A stretch of DNA of 56,873 nucleotides from a virus (IMGVR_UViG_3300025809_000002:1-56873), one strand, 5' to 3'. Positions 7,788 through 17,603 are shown, counted from the stretch's first letter. Notes: generated from the sequence alone by a model not told the origin. A program made the numbers and translations.

Positions 7788-9397
7788 CGTTTGCATTATT
7801 GCATCAACCGTGCGCTAACTGTAAGAGCAGTGACGGCCTCAGCTACAACGAAGACGGAAGTAGTATGTGCTTTGCTTGTAACGAATACACACGCCCTCCT
7901 GAAGATGAAGAATTTATTTTGCCTGTTAAGAAAGAGAAGCCTGTGAACGAAGCCTACCTGAAGCACTTGACCGATGGCAACACTGTGTCCATTACAGAGC
8001 GCCGCATCAGCCGCAACACAGCAGAGAAGTTTGGTGTGGTGCGTGATGGAGATCATTACTATTTCCCTTACTATACGCCGGCGGGTGACGTCACTGCCGC
8101 CAAGGTGAGGGGTGTTAAAGAAAAGACATTCGCCAGTGAAGGACAGTGGAGCAAGGGCACCTTGTTTGGACAGCAACTGTTCACCAGTGGTGGTAAGTAT
8201 CTTACTATAGTTGAGGGAGAGTTTGACGCCCTTGCTGCTTTCCAATTAACAGGTAGCAAGTACCCCGTCGTGTCCATCCGCAACGGTGCAACCAGTGCGC
8301 TCAAGGATTGCAAGGCACAGTATGAATGGATTGATTCCTTTGAGAACATCGTCATCTGCTTTGACAACGACAAGCCGGGTAAGGATGCGGCAAGAGAAGT
8401 GGCTGAGTTGTTTGGTGCTAAGAGTAAGATCTTTAAACACGAAACAGATTACAAAGATGCTTGCGATTATTTAGCTGAGAGCAAGGAGGCTTTGTATGTA
8501 CAGCAATGGTGGAGGGCTGAGGCTTACACCCCTGACGGTATTGTTTCAGGCACCAGCTTGTGGGACTTGGTATCACAGCCGCTTGAACCAGCACAGTGTC
8601 AGTACCCTTGGGTAGGACTGAACGAATTAACTTATGGTATTCGGTACGGTGAGTTGGTGACGATAACTGCCGGAAGCGGATTGGGCAAGAGTCAACTGTT
8701 GCGTGAGATCGTATGGCACTTGTTACAACATACCAAAGACAACGTTGGCTTGATGTTCTTGGAAGAAAGCATTCGTAAGACAGGCTTGTCGCTCATGAGC
8801 ATGGCGGCTAATGTACCTATGCACCTGCCTGACACACCCACCAGTGATGCAGAACGCAAGACGGCATATGACGCAACGCTAGGCACAGGTCGTGTGTTTT
8901 TGTTTGATCACTTCGGTAGCACCAGTGTTGACAACATCGTTAACCGTGTGCGCTACATGGCTAAGGCAATGAACTGCAAGTATATCTTTGTTGACCACAT
9001 ATCCATCATTGTGTCAGCACAGGAGAGCGGCGATGAGCGCAAAGCGATTGACGAAATAATGACAAAGCTTCGTATGCTTGTACAGGAAACCGACATTGCT
9101 TTGTTTGCTGTGTCCCATCTGAAGCGTCCTGAAGGACGAGGCCATGAGGAAGGGGCAGCTACATCACTGGCACAGCTACGAGGCAGTGGATCTATTGCAC
9201 AGCTAAGTGACATTGTTATTGGCGCTGAACGTAACGGTCAAGCTGATGACCCTATTGTTCGCAACACAACCCACGTGCGTGTGCTGAAGAACCGCTTCAG
9301 TGGACAGACAGGACCTGCTTGTCACTTGCTCTATACCAAAGAGACAGGTAGAATGCTGGAGTACAACGAGCCAGAAGAAGACGAACAAACATTTTAA
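7784..9397 (+). CDS. T7 gp4-like DNA primase-helicase
   Basis: N-terminal C2-C2 Zn finger, TOPRIM EGEFD/DND, Walker A AGSGLGKS, DH, LRGSG.IAQLSD, KNR. Confidence 0.95.
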   Translation: MTFALLHQPCANCKSSDGLSYNEDGSSMCFACNEYTRPPEDEEFILPVKKEKPVNEAYLKHLTDGNTVSITERRISRNTAEKFGVVRDGDHYYFPYYTPAGDVTAAKVRGVKEKTFASEGQWSKGTLFGQQLFTSGGKYLTIVEGEFDALAAFQLTGSKYPVVSIRNGATSALKDCKAQYEWIDSFENIVICFDNDKPGKDAAREVAELFGAKSKIFKHETDYKDACDYLAESKEALYVQQWWRAEAYTPDGIVSGTSLWDLVSQPLEPAQCQYPWVGLNELTYGIRYGELVTITAGSGLGKSQLLREIVWHLLQHTKDNVGLMFLEESIRKTGLSLMSMAANVPMHLPDTPTSDAERKTAYDATLGTGRVFLFDHFGSTSVDNIVNRVRYMAKAMNCKYIFVDHISIIVSAQESGDERKAIDEIMTKLRMLVQETDIALFAVSHLKRPEGRGHEEGAATSLAQLRGSGSIAQLSDIVIGAERNGQADDPIVRNTTHVRVLKNRFSGQTGPACHLLYTKETGRMLEYNEPEEDEQTF

Positions 9398-9405
9398 GGA
9401 ACAAG

Positions 9406-11109
9406 ATGCGGGTCTACTTAGACATAGAAACAAACCTTGCACACGACACCATATGGATGTGCGCCACTAAGAAAGGTGACGAGGTGTTGGTGTGGAGAGA
9501 TGCAGATAACTTACAGGAGTATTTAAATGGATTTGTTTTGGTTGCTCATAACGGCATCGGCTTTGATTTTCCTCTACTAAAAAAACTGTGGGGCATAGAA
9601 GTTGCTGATGACTTACAACGGGACACGTTGGTGATGTCTCGGTTATACAATCCTGAACTACTAGCACCTGAAGGTAGCAAAGCTAAGCCGCACAGTCTTG
9701 AAGCATGGGGCTTACGCCTCGGTGATTACAAGGGTGGCTTCACAGACTTTGATGCTGGCTACAGCAAAGAGATGGAAGACTACTGTGTACAAGACGTACA
9801 CGTGTTAGAGAAGCTAGACCTGATGCTGGAGCAGACAATGCAAGAGCTGAAGTTTAGCGAGGAAAGTATTGTTATTGAGCATAAGGTTGCTCAGATTTGT
9901 AAGGGAATGGAACGCAATGGATTTGCACTTAACATTGAGAAGGCTCAGGTCTTGCTGGCAACTTTGTCAGGTGAGATGGTGGATATTGAAACTGAATTTC
10001 AAACTGTTTTTCCTCCGATCATTACGGAACGTATTAGCGAAAAGACCGGGAAGAAATTAAAAGATAAAGTTACAGTCTTTAATCCGGGTAGTCGTAAGCA
10101 GATTGCTGAACGTCTTATTAACAAGGGTGTGAAGCTAACAAAGAAGACAGAGAAGGGCAGCTTCATCATTGATGAGAAGGTGCTGGAAGGTATTGATCTA
10201 CCAGAGGCTAAGATCTTTGGGCGCTACCTGATGATTCAGAAACGTGTAGCTGCTGTCAGTAGCTGGCTTGATCTTGTTGGTGATGACGGTCGTGTGCATG
10301 GGCGAATCATAACTAATGGTGCTGTCACTGGCAGAGCTACACACAACACGCCTAACATGGGGCAGGTGCCAGCAGTGGGTAAGCCTTATGGCGCTGAGTG
10401 CAGGGCTATGTTTGGTGTTGCTCCCGGCATGGTGCAGGTTGGTGTTGACTTATCTGGGATTGAGCTGAGATGTCTTGGGCATTATCTTAATGATCAGGAA
10501 TGGATTGATGAGCTTTTAAAAGGTGACATCCACTGGTTCAATGCACAAAGCTTTGGGCTTGTGGCTAAAGGCACTGTCAAAGATGACAGCAACCCTGAGC
10601 ATAAGACAGCCCGTAACCGTACCAAGACGCTGACATATGGTGTGTTGTATGGAGCAGGTGCAGCTAAGGCCGGGTCTATTGTTGGAGGCAACAGCACACA
10701 TGGTAAGAGATTGATTGATAGCTTTGTTAATAACACACCGGGGCTTGCCGCATTGAAGACAAAGATATCTAAGTTTGCAAAGAAGGGACACTTACCCGGA
10801 CTTGATGGACGTAGGGTTTGGATTCGTAGTGAACACGCTGCATTAAATACTTTGTTGCAATCTGCAGGTGCAATCATTGCCAAGCAGTGGTTGATTGAAT
10901 GTGACAAAGCATTGACTGAAGCTAATGTTCCTGCGAAGTTAATGGCGTGGGTGCATGATGAGGTGCAGTATGAAACAGCACCAGAAAATGCAGACACATT
11001 AAAAGAAATTGTAGAAAAAGCTGCCACAAAAGCAGGCATTGTGCTACAATTTAGATGTCCTGTTGATGCCGAAGGAAAGATCGGAATTAATTGGTACGAG
11101 ACTCACTGA
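9406..11109 (+). CDS. polA: Family A DNA polymerase (T7 gp5-like) with 3'-5' exonuclease
   Basis: DIET, HN...FD, DLSGIELR (motif A), KT..YG.LYG (motif B), VHDE (motif C). Confidence 0.96.
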   Translation: MRVYLDIETNLAHDTIWMCATKKGDEVLVWRDADNLQEYLNGFVLVAHNGIGFDFPLLKKLWGIEVADDLQRDTLVMSRLYNPELLAPEGSKAKPHSLEAWGLRLGDYKGGFTDFDAGYSKEMEDYCVQDVHVLEKLDLMLEQTMQELKFSEESIVIEHKVAQICKGMERNGFALNIEKAQVLLATLSGEMVDIETEFQTVFPPIITERISEKTGKKLKDKVTVFNPGSRKQIAERLINKGVKLTKKTEKGSFIIDEKVLEGIDLPEAKIFGRYLMIQKRVAAVSSWLDLVGDDGRVHGRIITNGAVTGRATHNTPNMGQVPAVGKPYGAECRAMFGVAPGMVQVGVDLSGIELRCLGHYLNDQEWIDELLKGDIHWFNAQSFGLVAKGTVKDDSNPEHKTARNRTKTLTYGVLYGAGAAKAGSIVGGNSTHGKRLIDSFVNNTPGLAALKTKISKFAKKGHLPGLDGRRVWIRSEHAALNTLLQSAGAIIAKQWLIECDKALTEANVPAKLMAWVHDEVQYETAPENADTLKEIVEKAATKAGIVLQFRCPVDAEGKIGINWYETH

Positions 11110-11137
11110 GTCATTTTGTTTTTGATTGGAGTTTATT

Positions 11138-11554
11138 ATGAGTGAAGAAAAGCAACGCATTAAGATTAATGCTGATGTGTATTGGGCACAGTTGAATAAA
11201 GTTAATGATATGTCAGGAAAGTATCAAGTTAACTTGTGTAACCTATCTGATAAAGCAGCTGATGCTTTGGAATCTATGGGTCTATCTATTCAGGAAGACG
11301 CCGAGAAGAAAGCAGACATGGGTAAGTACGTTACTTGTAAGAGTAACAGACCTATTCGTGCGTATGATACGGATGGCGAGGAGCTTGATACGCTCATTGG
11401 TAACAAGAGTCGTTGCAAAGCGCTTGTCAGTACGTATGATTGGACACACAAAAACAAGAAAGGTAAAAGCCCTTCGTTGTTGAAGCTGGTCATCACAGAC
11501 TTGGTTGAGTTTGCTGGTGGTAACGAGATGAGCGCTGACGAAGAAGCTCTGTGA
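11138..11554 (+). CDS. Probable ssDNA-binding protein
   Basis: Lies between pol and exonuclease; IGN.S motif; acidic C-terminal tail. Confidence 0.65.
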   Translation: MSEEKQRIKINADVYWAQLNKVNDMSGKYQVNLCNLSDKAADALESMGLSIQEDAEKKADMGKYVTCKSNRPIRAYDTDGEELDTLIGNKSRCKALVSTYDWTHKNKKGKSPSLLKLVITDLVEFAGGNEMSADEEAL

Positions 11555-12240
11555 TTGCCCTGCTTGACAGCGATATCCTTGCCTACCGCATTGGGTTTGC
11601 CTGTGAAGCAGAGAGTGTCGGTCTTGCTCTTTCTAGATTAGATAAGATCATCACCGACATTCTTCTAGACTGTGATCATGGAGACTTCTTCTATGATGAG
11701 TGGAAGCTTTTCTTAACTGGTAGTAATAACTTCAGGAAAGAGATAGCAACCACCGCAGTCTACAAAGGCAACCGCACTGCGCCTAAGCCGCAACATCTAC
11801 CTGCTTTACGTAAGCATATGATTGAGCAGTGGGGAGCAGTGGTGGCAGAGGGGGAAGAAGCTGATGACGCAATAGCGATTGAAGGAACTAAGTATGGTGA
11901 TTCATGTATTATGATATCGCTGGACAAAGACTTTGATCAGATACCCGGATGGCATTACAACTTTGTAAAGAAGAAACACTACTATGTAGATCAAGCACAG
12001 GGTGATCGTTTCTTTTATACACAGATACTCACTGGCGATAAGGCAGATAACATCATAGGTTTGTTTAGGGTTGGTCCTGTTAAGGCTGCGAAGCTATTAG
12101 AAGAGACAACAACTGTTAAAGAAATGTATGATGCTTGTGTCAAAGCCTACGATGGTAATGCTGACAGGGTGATAGAAAATGCAAGACTTTTATGGCTAAG
12201 AAGATATGACAACGAATTATGGGAACCTCCCGCAGACTAA
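11551..12240 (+). CDS. 5'-3' exonuclease / RNase H (T7 gp6-like)
   Basis: D.D.LAY, YKGNR, EADD, DKD, GD.ADNI.G motifs. Confidence 0.92.
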   Translation: MIALLDSDILAYRIGFACEAESVGLALSRLDKIITDILLDCDHGDFFYDEWKLFLTGSNNFRKEIATTAVYKGNRTAPKPQHLPALRKHMIEQWGAVVAEGEEADDAIAIEGTKYGDSCIMISLDKDFDQIPGWHYNFVKKKHYYVDQAQGDRFFYTQILTGDKADNIIGLFRVGPVKAAKLLEETTTVKEMYDACVKAYDGNADRVIENARLLWLRRYDNELWEPPAD

Positions 12241-12547
12241 CCTAGAAGGTGATGACGTTGTTATTGTCTTACGTCCTAAAAAGAAAGATGGTGAGTGGAC
12301 AGGCTTGTATGACATTATCCAGTCAGTGGTGGAGCCATCCACACTGGCAGGGAAAGATGCGTACAGTGTTGCGTTCACTAGCTTGCTCATGGCTTTGTTA
12401 CCTCAGTACCTCAGCGAAGATGAAGACTTCAATGACCACTACATAGAGTACATTTTTGCTGAACACGCTGATCTTGTAGAACAGTTATTAGAGAAGCACA
12501 ACCTTGTTAAAGATATGTTGCAAGGATTTACTGGAAAGTTACATTGA
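12206..12547 (+). CDS. Hypothetical protein
   Basis: Fills the operon gap; start uncertain. Confidence 0.6.
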   Translation: MTTNYGNLPQTNLEGDDVVIVLRPKKKDGEWTGLYDIIQSVVEPSTLAGKDAYSVAFTSLLMALLPQYLSEDEDFNDHYIEYIFAEHADLVEQLLEKHNLVKDMLQGFTGKLH

Positions 12548-12548
12548 T

Positions 12549-12725
12549 ATGAAAGTAGTTATTAAATTCTCCTTGACTGTTGAGGAAGCAGATCTCCCGA
12601 TCTCTTTCCTTGATGATCAATACTTTGCTGAAGTGTTACGAGAGAACATTGAAGATGTTTTTTTAGGAGCTGACATCTCTGACTTCACAATTGAAGATGT
12701 CACAGTGGATGTAAAGGGAGAATGA
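12549..12725 (+). CDS. Hypothetical acidic protein
   Basis: ATG directly after the previous stop codon. Confidence 0.55.
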   Translation: MKVVIKFSLTVEEADLPISFLDDQYFAEVLRENIEDVFLGADISDFTIEDVTVDVKGE

Positions 12726-12726
12726 T

Positions 12727-13125
12727 ATAGCTGCGAAGAAGAAACCAGTAGAGAAACCGTACAACGGTGGTACTTGGACAGCCTCTCGTATGACCAGCTT
12801 TATCAAGGGAGGCTTACGAACCCTGTCAAGGAAGTGGCCTCAGAAGTACGAAGCAATTAGCTTGGCTAATGTAGGTAGGCGGTTTGATCCGAAGACAGGT
12901 AAAGAAAGTTATCGCTACAAGTGTGCTGCCTGTGGTAATATCTTTAAGTCAACGGAGATTCAAGCAGATCACATTGATCCTGTAGTGTCGGTGGAAGATG
13001 GATTTATTGATTGGAATGAATATATCAAGAGGCTGTTCTGTGAGGCGGACAACTACCAAGTTCTTTGTGTAGCTTGTCACGGAGTTAAGACCGACAATGA
13101 GCGTAAGCAGAGGAAAAAGAAATGA
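12727..13125 (+). CDS. HNH endonuclease (probable ATA start at 12727; first ATG at 12790)
   Basis: C..C, DHI.PV and N.QVLC..CH..KT motifs. Confidence 0.85.
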   Translation: MAAKKKPVEKPYNGGTWTASRMTSFIKGGLRTLSRKWPQKYEAISLANVGRRFDPKTGKESYRYKCAACGNIFKSTEIQADHIDPVVSVEDGFIDWNEYIKRLFCEADNYQVLCVACHGVKTDNERKQRKKK

Positions 13126-13352
13126 AGATAGAAATTGATGATGAGTATGCAGATGAGGTGGTGGCAGCAATACTGCGTGAGATCTACGTTGATTCTTTAT
13201 ATGAGATCAAGATGGACGATAGACACACAGATGATCTAGAATGTTTAGAGGAGCTTATCATTCATATCCCTCCTGTGCTTTCCTACCTCATGCCAACAGG
13301 AGCTTACGAAGAGTTTATGCAACGTGTTAAGGAGATGAAAGAAAATGATTGA
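13122..13352 (+). CDS. Hypothetical protein
   Basis: ATGA overlap; GAGG RBS. Confidence 0.6.
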   Translation: MKIEIDDEYADEVVAAILREIYVDSLYEIKMDDRHTDDLECLEELIIHIPPVLSYLMPTGAYEEFMQRVKEMKEND

Positions 13353-13665
13353 TGTAGATGACTACCAAGTTAAGGCAATGAAGTTTCGTTTGCCCTCAGC
13401 CAATGGAACCTATGCGTTATTAAACCTCGCTGGTGAGGCCGGAGAAGCCCTTAGCTTGGCAGCAAAGTTTATTAGGGATGGTGACCAGTACCCTGAAGAC
13501 TATCGTAAGAGCATGAAGAAAGAACTAGGCGACATCATGTGGATGGTAGCTGCTGTCGCTAAGGATCACGGCCTGTTAATGTCTGATATTTGCCGAGGAA
13601 ATCTGGACAAATTGCAGAGCAGACAGGACAGAAATGTCATAAATGGTAGTGGCGATGAGCGCTAA
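13345..13665 (+). CDS. mazG: MazG-like NTP pyrophosphohydrolase
   Basis: GEAGE, KELGD.MW and N..KL..R..R..I.GSGD.R motifs. Confidence 0.88.
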   Translation: MIDVDDYQVKAMKFRLPSANGTYALLNLAGEAGEALSLAAKFIRDGDQYPEDYRKSMKKELGDIMWMVAAVAKDHGLLMSDICRGNLDKLQSRQDRNVINGSGDER

Positions 13666-13689
13666 TTTGTGCTATAACTAAACTCCACC

Positions 13690-13710
13690 AGCAGCTTCGG
13701 CTGCTTTTTT
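13690..13710 (+). terminator. Rho-independent terminator-like hairpin
   Basis: AGCAGC-TTCG-GCTGCT followed by a T run. Confidence 0.7.
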
Positions 13711-13732
13711 AATCACTAATACAAAGGTACTA

Positions 13733-15505
13733 ATGTCTATAACAATTGACCCCTCTCGTGATAGCTTATTTGATACTTTAGGACTACAACGTCTTAGAGA
13801 AAGCTACATGATGGAAGAAGAAACAAGCCCTCAAGAAAGGTTCGCTTATGTATCACAAGCTTTCTCCTCTAATCCTGAACATGCTCAGCGGCTTTACGAG
13901 TATAGCTCTAAGCATTGGCTGTCTTATAGCACTCCCATTCTTTCTTTTGGGCGCAGTAAGCGTGGCCTACCTATTAGTTGCTTCCTCAATTACATGGATG
14001 ATAGCGCAGAAGGTTTGGTCAATAACCTGTCTGAGACTAACTGGCTTTCAATGCTTGGAGGTGGTGTTGGTGTCCACCTTGGTATTCGTAACAGTGACGA
14101 TAAATCTACTGGGGTGATGCCCCACCTTAAGATGTATGATGCAAGCTCTCTGGCATACCGTCAGGGGCGCACACGGAGAGGAAGCTATGCTGCATTCTTG
14201 GATGTTAGTCACCCTGACATTACTCAGTTTTTGGAAATGCGTAAACCTACTGGGGATCAAAATCTACGCACCCTCAACCTCAATCATGGTATTAATATCA
14301 GCGATAAGTTCATGGATATTATTGAGGTATGCATGAAAGACCCAGAGGCCAATGATGACTGGCCTTTGATTAACCCTGCTAACGGTGAAGTGGCTGAGGT
14401 GGTGAGCGCTAAAGGGCTGTGGCAGAAGATGCTTGACCTGCGTATGCAGACAGGTGAGCCATACTTCATCTTCATTGACACCGCCAACCGAGCCATGCCT
14501 CAGTGGTTACAGGATAAAGGACTGAAGATCAACGGATCTAATCTGTGTACTGAAATCTTCTTGCCTACAAGTGCTGATCGCACAGCAGTATGCTGCTTGT
14601 CTAGCCTTAACTTGGAGTACTATGATGACTGGAAAGAGGTGGAGAAATTTATCCCAGATGTTATGGAGATGCTTGATAACGTTCTTCAATATTTTATTGA
14701 TAACGCCCCTAATCATATTCACCGGGCTATTCTTTCTGCTACCGCTGAGAGGTCTGTTGGACTGGGCACTCTAGGATTCCATGCCTACCTACAGAAAAAC
14801 AATTTACCTATTGATGGTGTGATGGCAAAGCTCACCAACAAAGATATCTTTAGCCACATTAAAAAGGAGTGTGAACGTGCAGACGCTGATCTTGTTATTG
14901 AAAGAGGGCCTTGCCCGGATGCAGCTAGCGCTGGTATGCTGCGTAGGTTTAGCCACCATATGGCTATTGCTCCCAATGCTTCTTCCAGTCTTATTATGGG
15001 TAACACTTCGCCATCCGTGGAACCGTATAGAGCAAATGTTTTTAGGCAGGATACCTTAAGTGGAGCATTTGTATACCGCAACCGCTTCCTTACTAAACGC
15101 CTTGCTGATCTTGGTATGGACGATGATGACACTTGGTCTTCTATTATTGCCCACGATGGTAGCATCCAGCATCTGGATGTCCCAGAAGATCTGAAGGAAG
15201 TATTTAAGACAGCAATGGAGATTGACCAGCGATGGTTGGTGGAGCTGGCAGCAGATCGCCAAGCCTTTGTGGACCAAGGCCAGAGTATTAATCTATTCTT
15301 CCAACCAAACACAACCATTGCCTACCTACATGCTGTACATTTTATGGCGTGGAAGCAGGGGCTGAAGAGCCTGTATTACCTACGCTCTGACAAGGTGCGT
15401 AAGGCTGATAAGGTGGGGGCGCAGATCCAGCGCCAACGTATTGAAGAAACAATTGACATGACAGCCATTGCTAATGGTGAAACATGTCTAGCATGTGAGG
15501 GTTGA
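13733..15505 (+). CDS. nrdA: Ribonucleotide reductase class I alpha subunit
   Basis: SCF, GGG.G, QG..RRG, SNLCTE, APNASS, LYY and C-terminal C..C. Confidence 0.96.
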   Translation: MSITIDPSRDSLFDTLGLQRLRESYMMEEETSPQERFAYVSQAFSSNPEHAQRLYEYSSKHWLSYSTPILSFGRSKRGLPISCFLNYMDDSAEGLVNNLSETNWLSMLGGGVGVHLGIRNSDDKSTGVMPHLKMYDASSLAYRQGRTRRGSYAAFLDVSHPDITQFLEMRKPTGDQNLRTLNLNHGINISDKFMDIIEVCMKDPEANDDWPLINPANGEVAEVVSAKGLWQKMLDLRMQTGEPYFIFIDTANRAMPQWLQDKGLKINGSNLCTEIFLPTSADRTAVCCLSSLNLEYYDDWKEVEKFIPDVMEMLDNVLQYFIDNAPNHIHRAILSATAERSVGLGTLGFHAYLQKNNLPIDGVMAKLTNKDIFSHIKKECERADADLVIERGPCPDAASAGMLRRFSHHMAIAPNASSSLIMGNTSPSVEPYRANVFRQDTLSGAFVYRNRFLTKRLADLGMDDDDTWSSIIAHDGSIQHLDVPEDLKEVFKTAMEIDQRWLVELAADRQAFVDQGQSINLFFQPNTTIAYLHAVHFMAWKQGLKSLYYLRSDKVRKADKVGAQIQRQRIEETIDMTAIANGETCLACEG

Positions 15506-15762
15506 TGATGAAGATGCTTAAATTTTATGCACAGTGGTGCGCTCCATGTAAAGCACTAAGCCTTGTTATGGAGAAGGTCAATCATAATATTCCTGTGGGG
15601 TATATTGATATTGAAAAGGAAAGAGATGTTGCTGTTTACTACGGCGTTAGATCTGTTCCTTTGTTGCTGTTGATAGACGAGAACGATAATATTATTAACC
15701 GTCACAACGGTGCGATGACTGAAGATGAGTTTAAGAAATTTATAAAGGTAAAAGATGACTAA
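15505..15762 (+). CDS. trxA: Thioredoxin
   Basis: WCAPC active site; VRSVP. Confidence 0.9.
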   Translation: MMKMLKFYAQWCAPCKALSLVMEKVNHNIPVGYIDIEKERDVAVYYGVRSVPLLLLIDENDNIINRHNGAMTEDEFKKFIKVKDD

Positions 15763-16717
15763 CAAAAAACCACAACTAACTGAAGATCGCAACACATTCA
15801 AGCCGTTCAAGTACCCTTGGGCATATGATGCTTGGCTTCAGCATGAGCAGAGCCACTGGCTGCACACTGAGGTGCCTATGGGTGAAGACCTGAAAGACTA
15901 CCAGAATAAACTGAAGAAGGAAGAGAAAGAATTCCTTACAAAGATCTTACGCTTCTTTGTACAAGGGGACTTGGACATTGGTGACGGCTACTACACCCAT
16001 TACCTGCCTGTGTTTAAGCAGCCAGAGGTGCGGATGATGATGTCAGGCTTTGCTGGTCGTGAAGCCCTACACGTTGCTGCTTACGCCCACCTGATTGAGA
16101 CCCTAGGCTTGCCTGAGAAGACCTACAACGAGTTCCTACAGTACGGTGAGATGGTGGAGAAGCATGACTACTACCAGAACCTAGGCGATGCACCAATGGC
16201 AGAGAAGATTGCCACGATTAGCGCCTTTGGTGAGGGGATGCAGCTGTTCTCTAGCTTTGTTATGTTGCTCAACTTCGCCCGTCACGGCAAGCTTAAGGGA
16301 CTAGGTCAGATCATTGCTTGGTCCATCGTGGATGAGACGCAACACGCTGAGGGTATGATCAAGGTGTACCGTGATTGGGTTAAACAGAACCCAGAAGAAA
16401 GCAGCAGTGACCGCATCAAAGAGATTGCTCAAGAGATGGTGGCGCTGGAAGACAAGTTCATTGACCTCGCCTTCGGTATGTACGAGGTTGAAGGACTGAC
16501 AGCAGAGGAAGTAAAAGAATACATCCGCTACATTGCTGACCGTCGCTTGATCAGCATGGGCATGAAGGGTGTGTTCAAGATTAAGAAGAACCCTATGCCT
16601 TGGGTTGATGGAATGCTTGGTGTTAGTCACACAAACTTCTTTGAGCAGCGTGTCACAGATTATTCTAAAGGTGCCACTAAAGGTACATGGGATGATGTGT
16701 GGGGTAAGGCAGCTTAA
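15755..16717 (+). CDS. nrdB: Ribonucleotide reductase class Ia beta subunit
   Basis: D ligand, EALH...Y radical Tyr, EG..LF, DETQH, NFFE. Confidence 0.95.
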   Translation: MTNKKPQLTEDRNTFKPFKYPWAYDAWLQHEQSHWLHTEVPMGEDLKDYQNKLKKEEKEFLTKILRFFVQGDLDIGDGYYTHYLPVFKQPEVRMMMSGFAGREALHVAAYAHLIETLGLPEKTYNEFLQYGEMVEKHDYYQNLGDAPMAEKIATISAFGEGMQLFSSFVMLLNFARHGKLKGLGQIIAWSIVDETQHAEGMIKVYRDWVKQNPEESSSDRIKEIAQEMVALEDKFIDLAFGMYEVEGLTAEEVKEYIRYIADRRLISMGMKGVFKIKKNPMPWVDGMLGVSHTNFFEQRVTDYSKGATKGTWDDVWGKAA

Positions 16718-16749
16718 TGTGTTACAATATTTCTTTTTGAAAGCTTTTT

Positions 16750-16935
16750 ATGATACGATTTGCACTAAGGCAAGGTATTGGATTTGACATTGAATACAAT
16801 GATGAAATCTGTTATATTGCTATAGGAGAAGACGGTCGTGAAATGATGTTGGGATTTAATGGCATGATCATTAAACTCCCTTTCATTCAGATTGATTGGG
16901 GTGAGATGTATGAATTGGAGATTAATCAGAAATGA
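16750..16935 (+). CDS. Hypothetical protein
   Basis: ORF in operon; ATGA overlap with the next gene. Confidence 0.55.
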   Translation: MIRFALRQGIGFDIEYNDEICYIAIGEDGREMMLGFNGMIIKLPFIQIDWGEMYELEINQK

Positions 16936-17117
16936 GCGATAACAAACCAAGAGTTTCGTACCAGTTTAAGGAAGGACACTATGCCTTCTTTAAAGGTAAA
17001 ATGAATAACCTACATCACCCCGAATCACATCGGGGCAAAGAATGGCAGCGGGGTTTTGACAGAGCCTATTTTGAAAACTTAGATAGGATCACTCGCCATG
17101 CAGAACAAAAGGTTTGA
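16932..17117 (+). CDS. Hypothetical protein
   Basis: GGAG RBS; F..G..AF...EWQRGF..AYF pattern. Confidence 0.65.
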   Translation: MSDNKPRVSYQFKEGHYAFFKGKMNNLHHPESHRGKEWQRGFDRAYFENLDRITRHAEQKV

Positions 17118-17526
17118 TAAAGAATTGTTTGACAAGTACGACAAGATGGGACGAGACATTGTCAAATCCTATGTCGGACAGTGGGGCATGGTTGCTGAAG
17201 ATAACCCTGATAGATACGGTGTAGACCTGAATCTATATGCCGAAGGTAAGCTGGTAGGGGTTGCTGAGGTTGAGGTGCGAAACTCTTGGAAGACTGTAGA
17301 GTTTCCTTACGAAGATCTTAATGTACCCCACAGAAAGAAGAAGCTGTTAGAGAATGACATTGACACCTTCTTCTTCTCCATCAATGCTGAAGGGTCTGCC
17401 TTGTTCTTCTGTAAAGCAGAAGATGTGCTGTCATCAGAGGTGAAAGAAAGCCGCAACAAGTATGTTTATAAAGGGGAACACTTCTACAAAGTCCCCCTTG
17501 ATAAGCTTACTCATGTAGCTTTGTAA
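17098..17526 (+). CDS. Putative PD-(D/E)xK-type nuclease
   Basis: D.YGVDL...EVEVR..W pattern. Confidence 0.55.
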   Translation: MQNKRFDKELFDKYDKMGRDIVKSYVGQWGMVAEDNPDRYGVDLNLYAEGKLVGVAEVEVRNSWKTVEFPYEDLNVPHRKKKLLENDIDTFFFSINAEGSALFFCKAEDVLSSEVKESRNKYVYKGEHFYKVPLDKLTHVAL

Positions 17527-17603
17527 CTGTCCCTAGCTCAATCGGATAGAGCAACAGCCTTCTAAGCTGTAGGTTGCTGGTTCAATTCCAGCGGGGCAGG
17601 CCA
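17527..17603 (+). tRNA. tRNA-Arg(TCT)
   Basis: Acceptor stem CTGTCCC/GGGGCAG, D-arm GCTC/GAGC, anticodon arm ACAGC-CTTCTAA-GCTGT, T-arm GGTTCAATTCC, encoded CCA. Confidence 0.95.

Noticed and set aside
9406-11109. DnaJ zinc-finger insertion typical of HMO-2011-type polymerases; inteins or introns in pol, nrdA or terL
   Set aside because: No CxxCxGxG repeats; the proteins are compact and uninterrupted
17527-17603. Alternative genetic code or suppressor tRNA
   Set aside because: The anticodon is TCT (Arg) and all core genes are intact under the standard code
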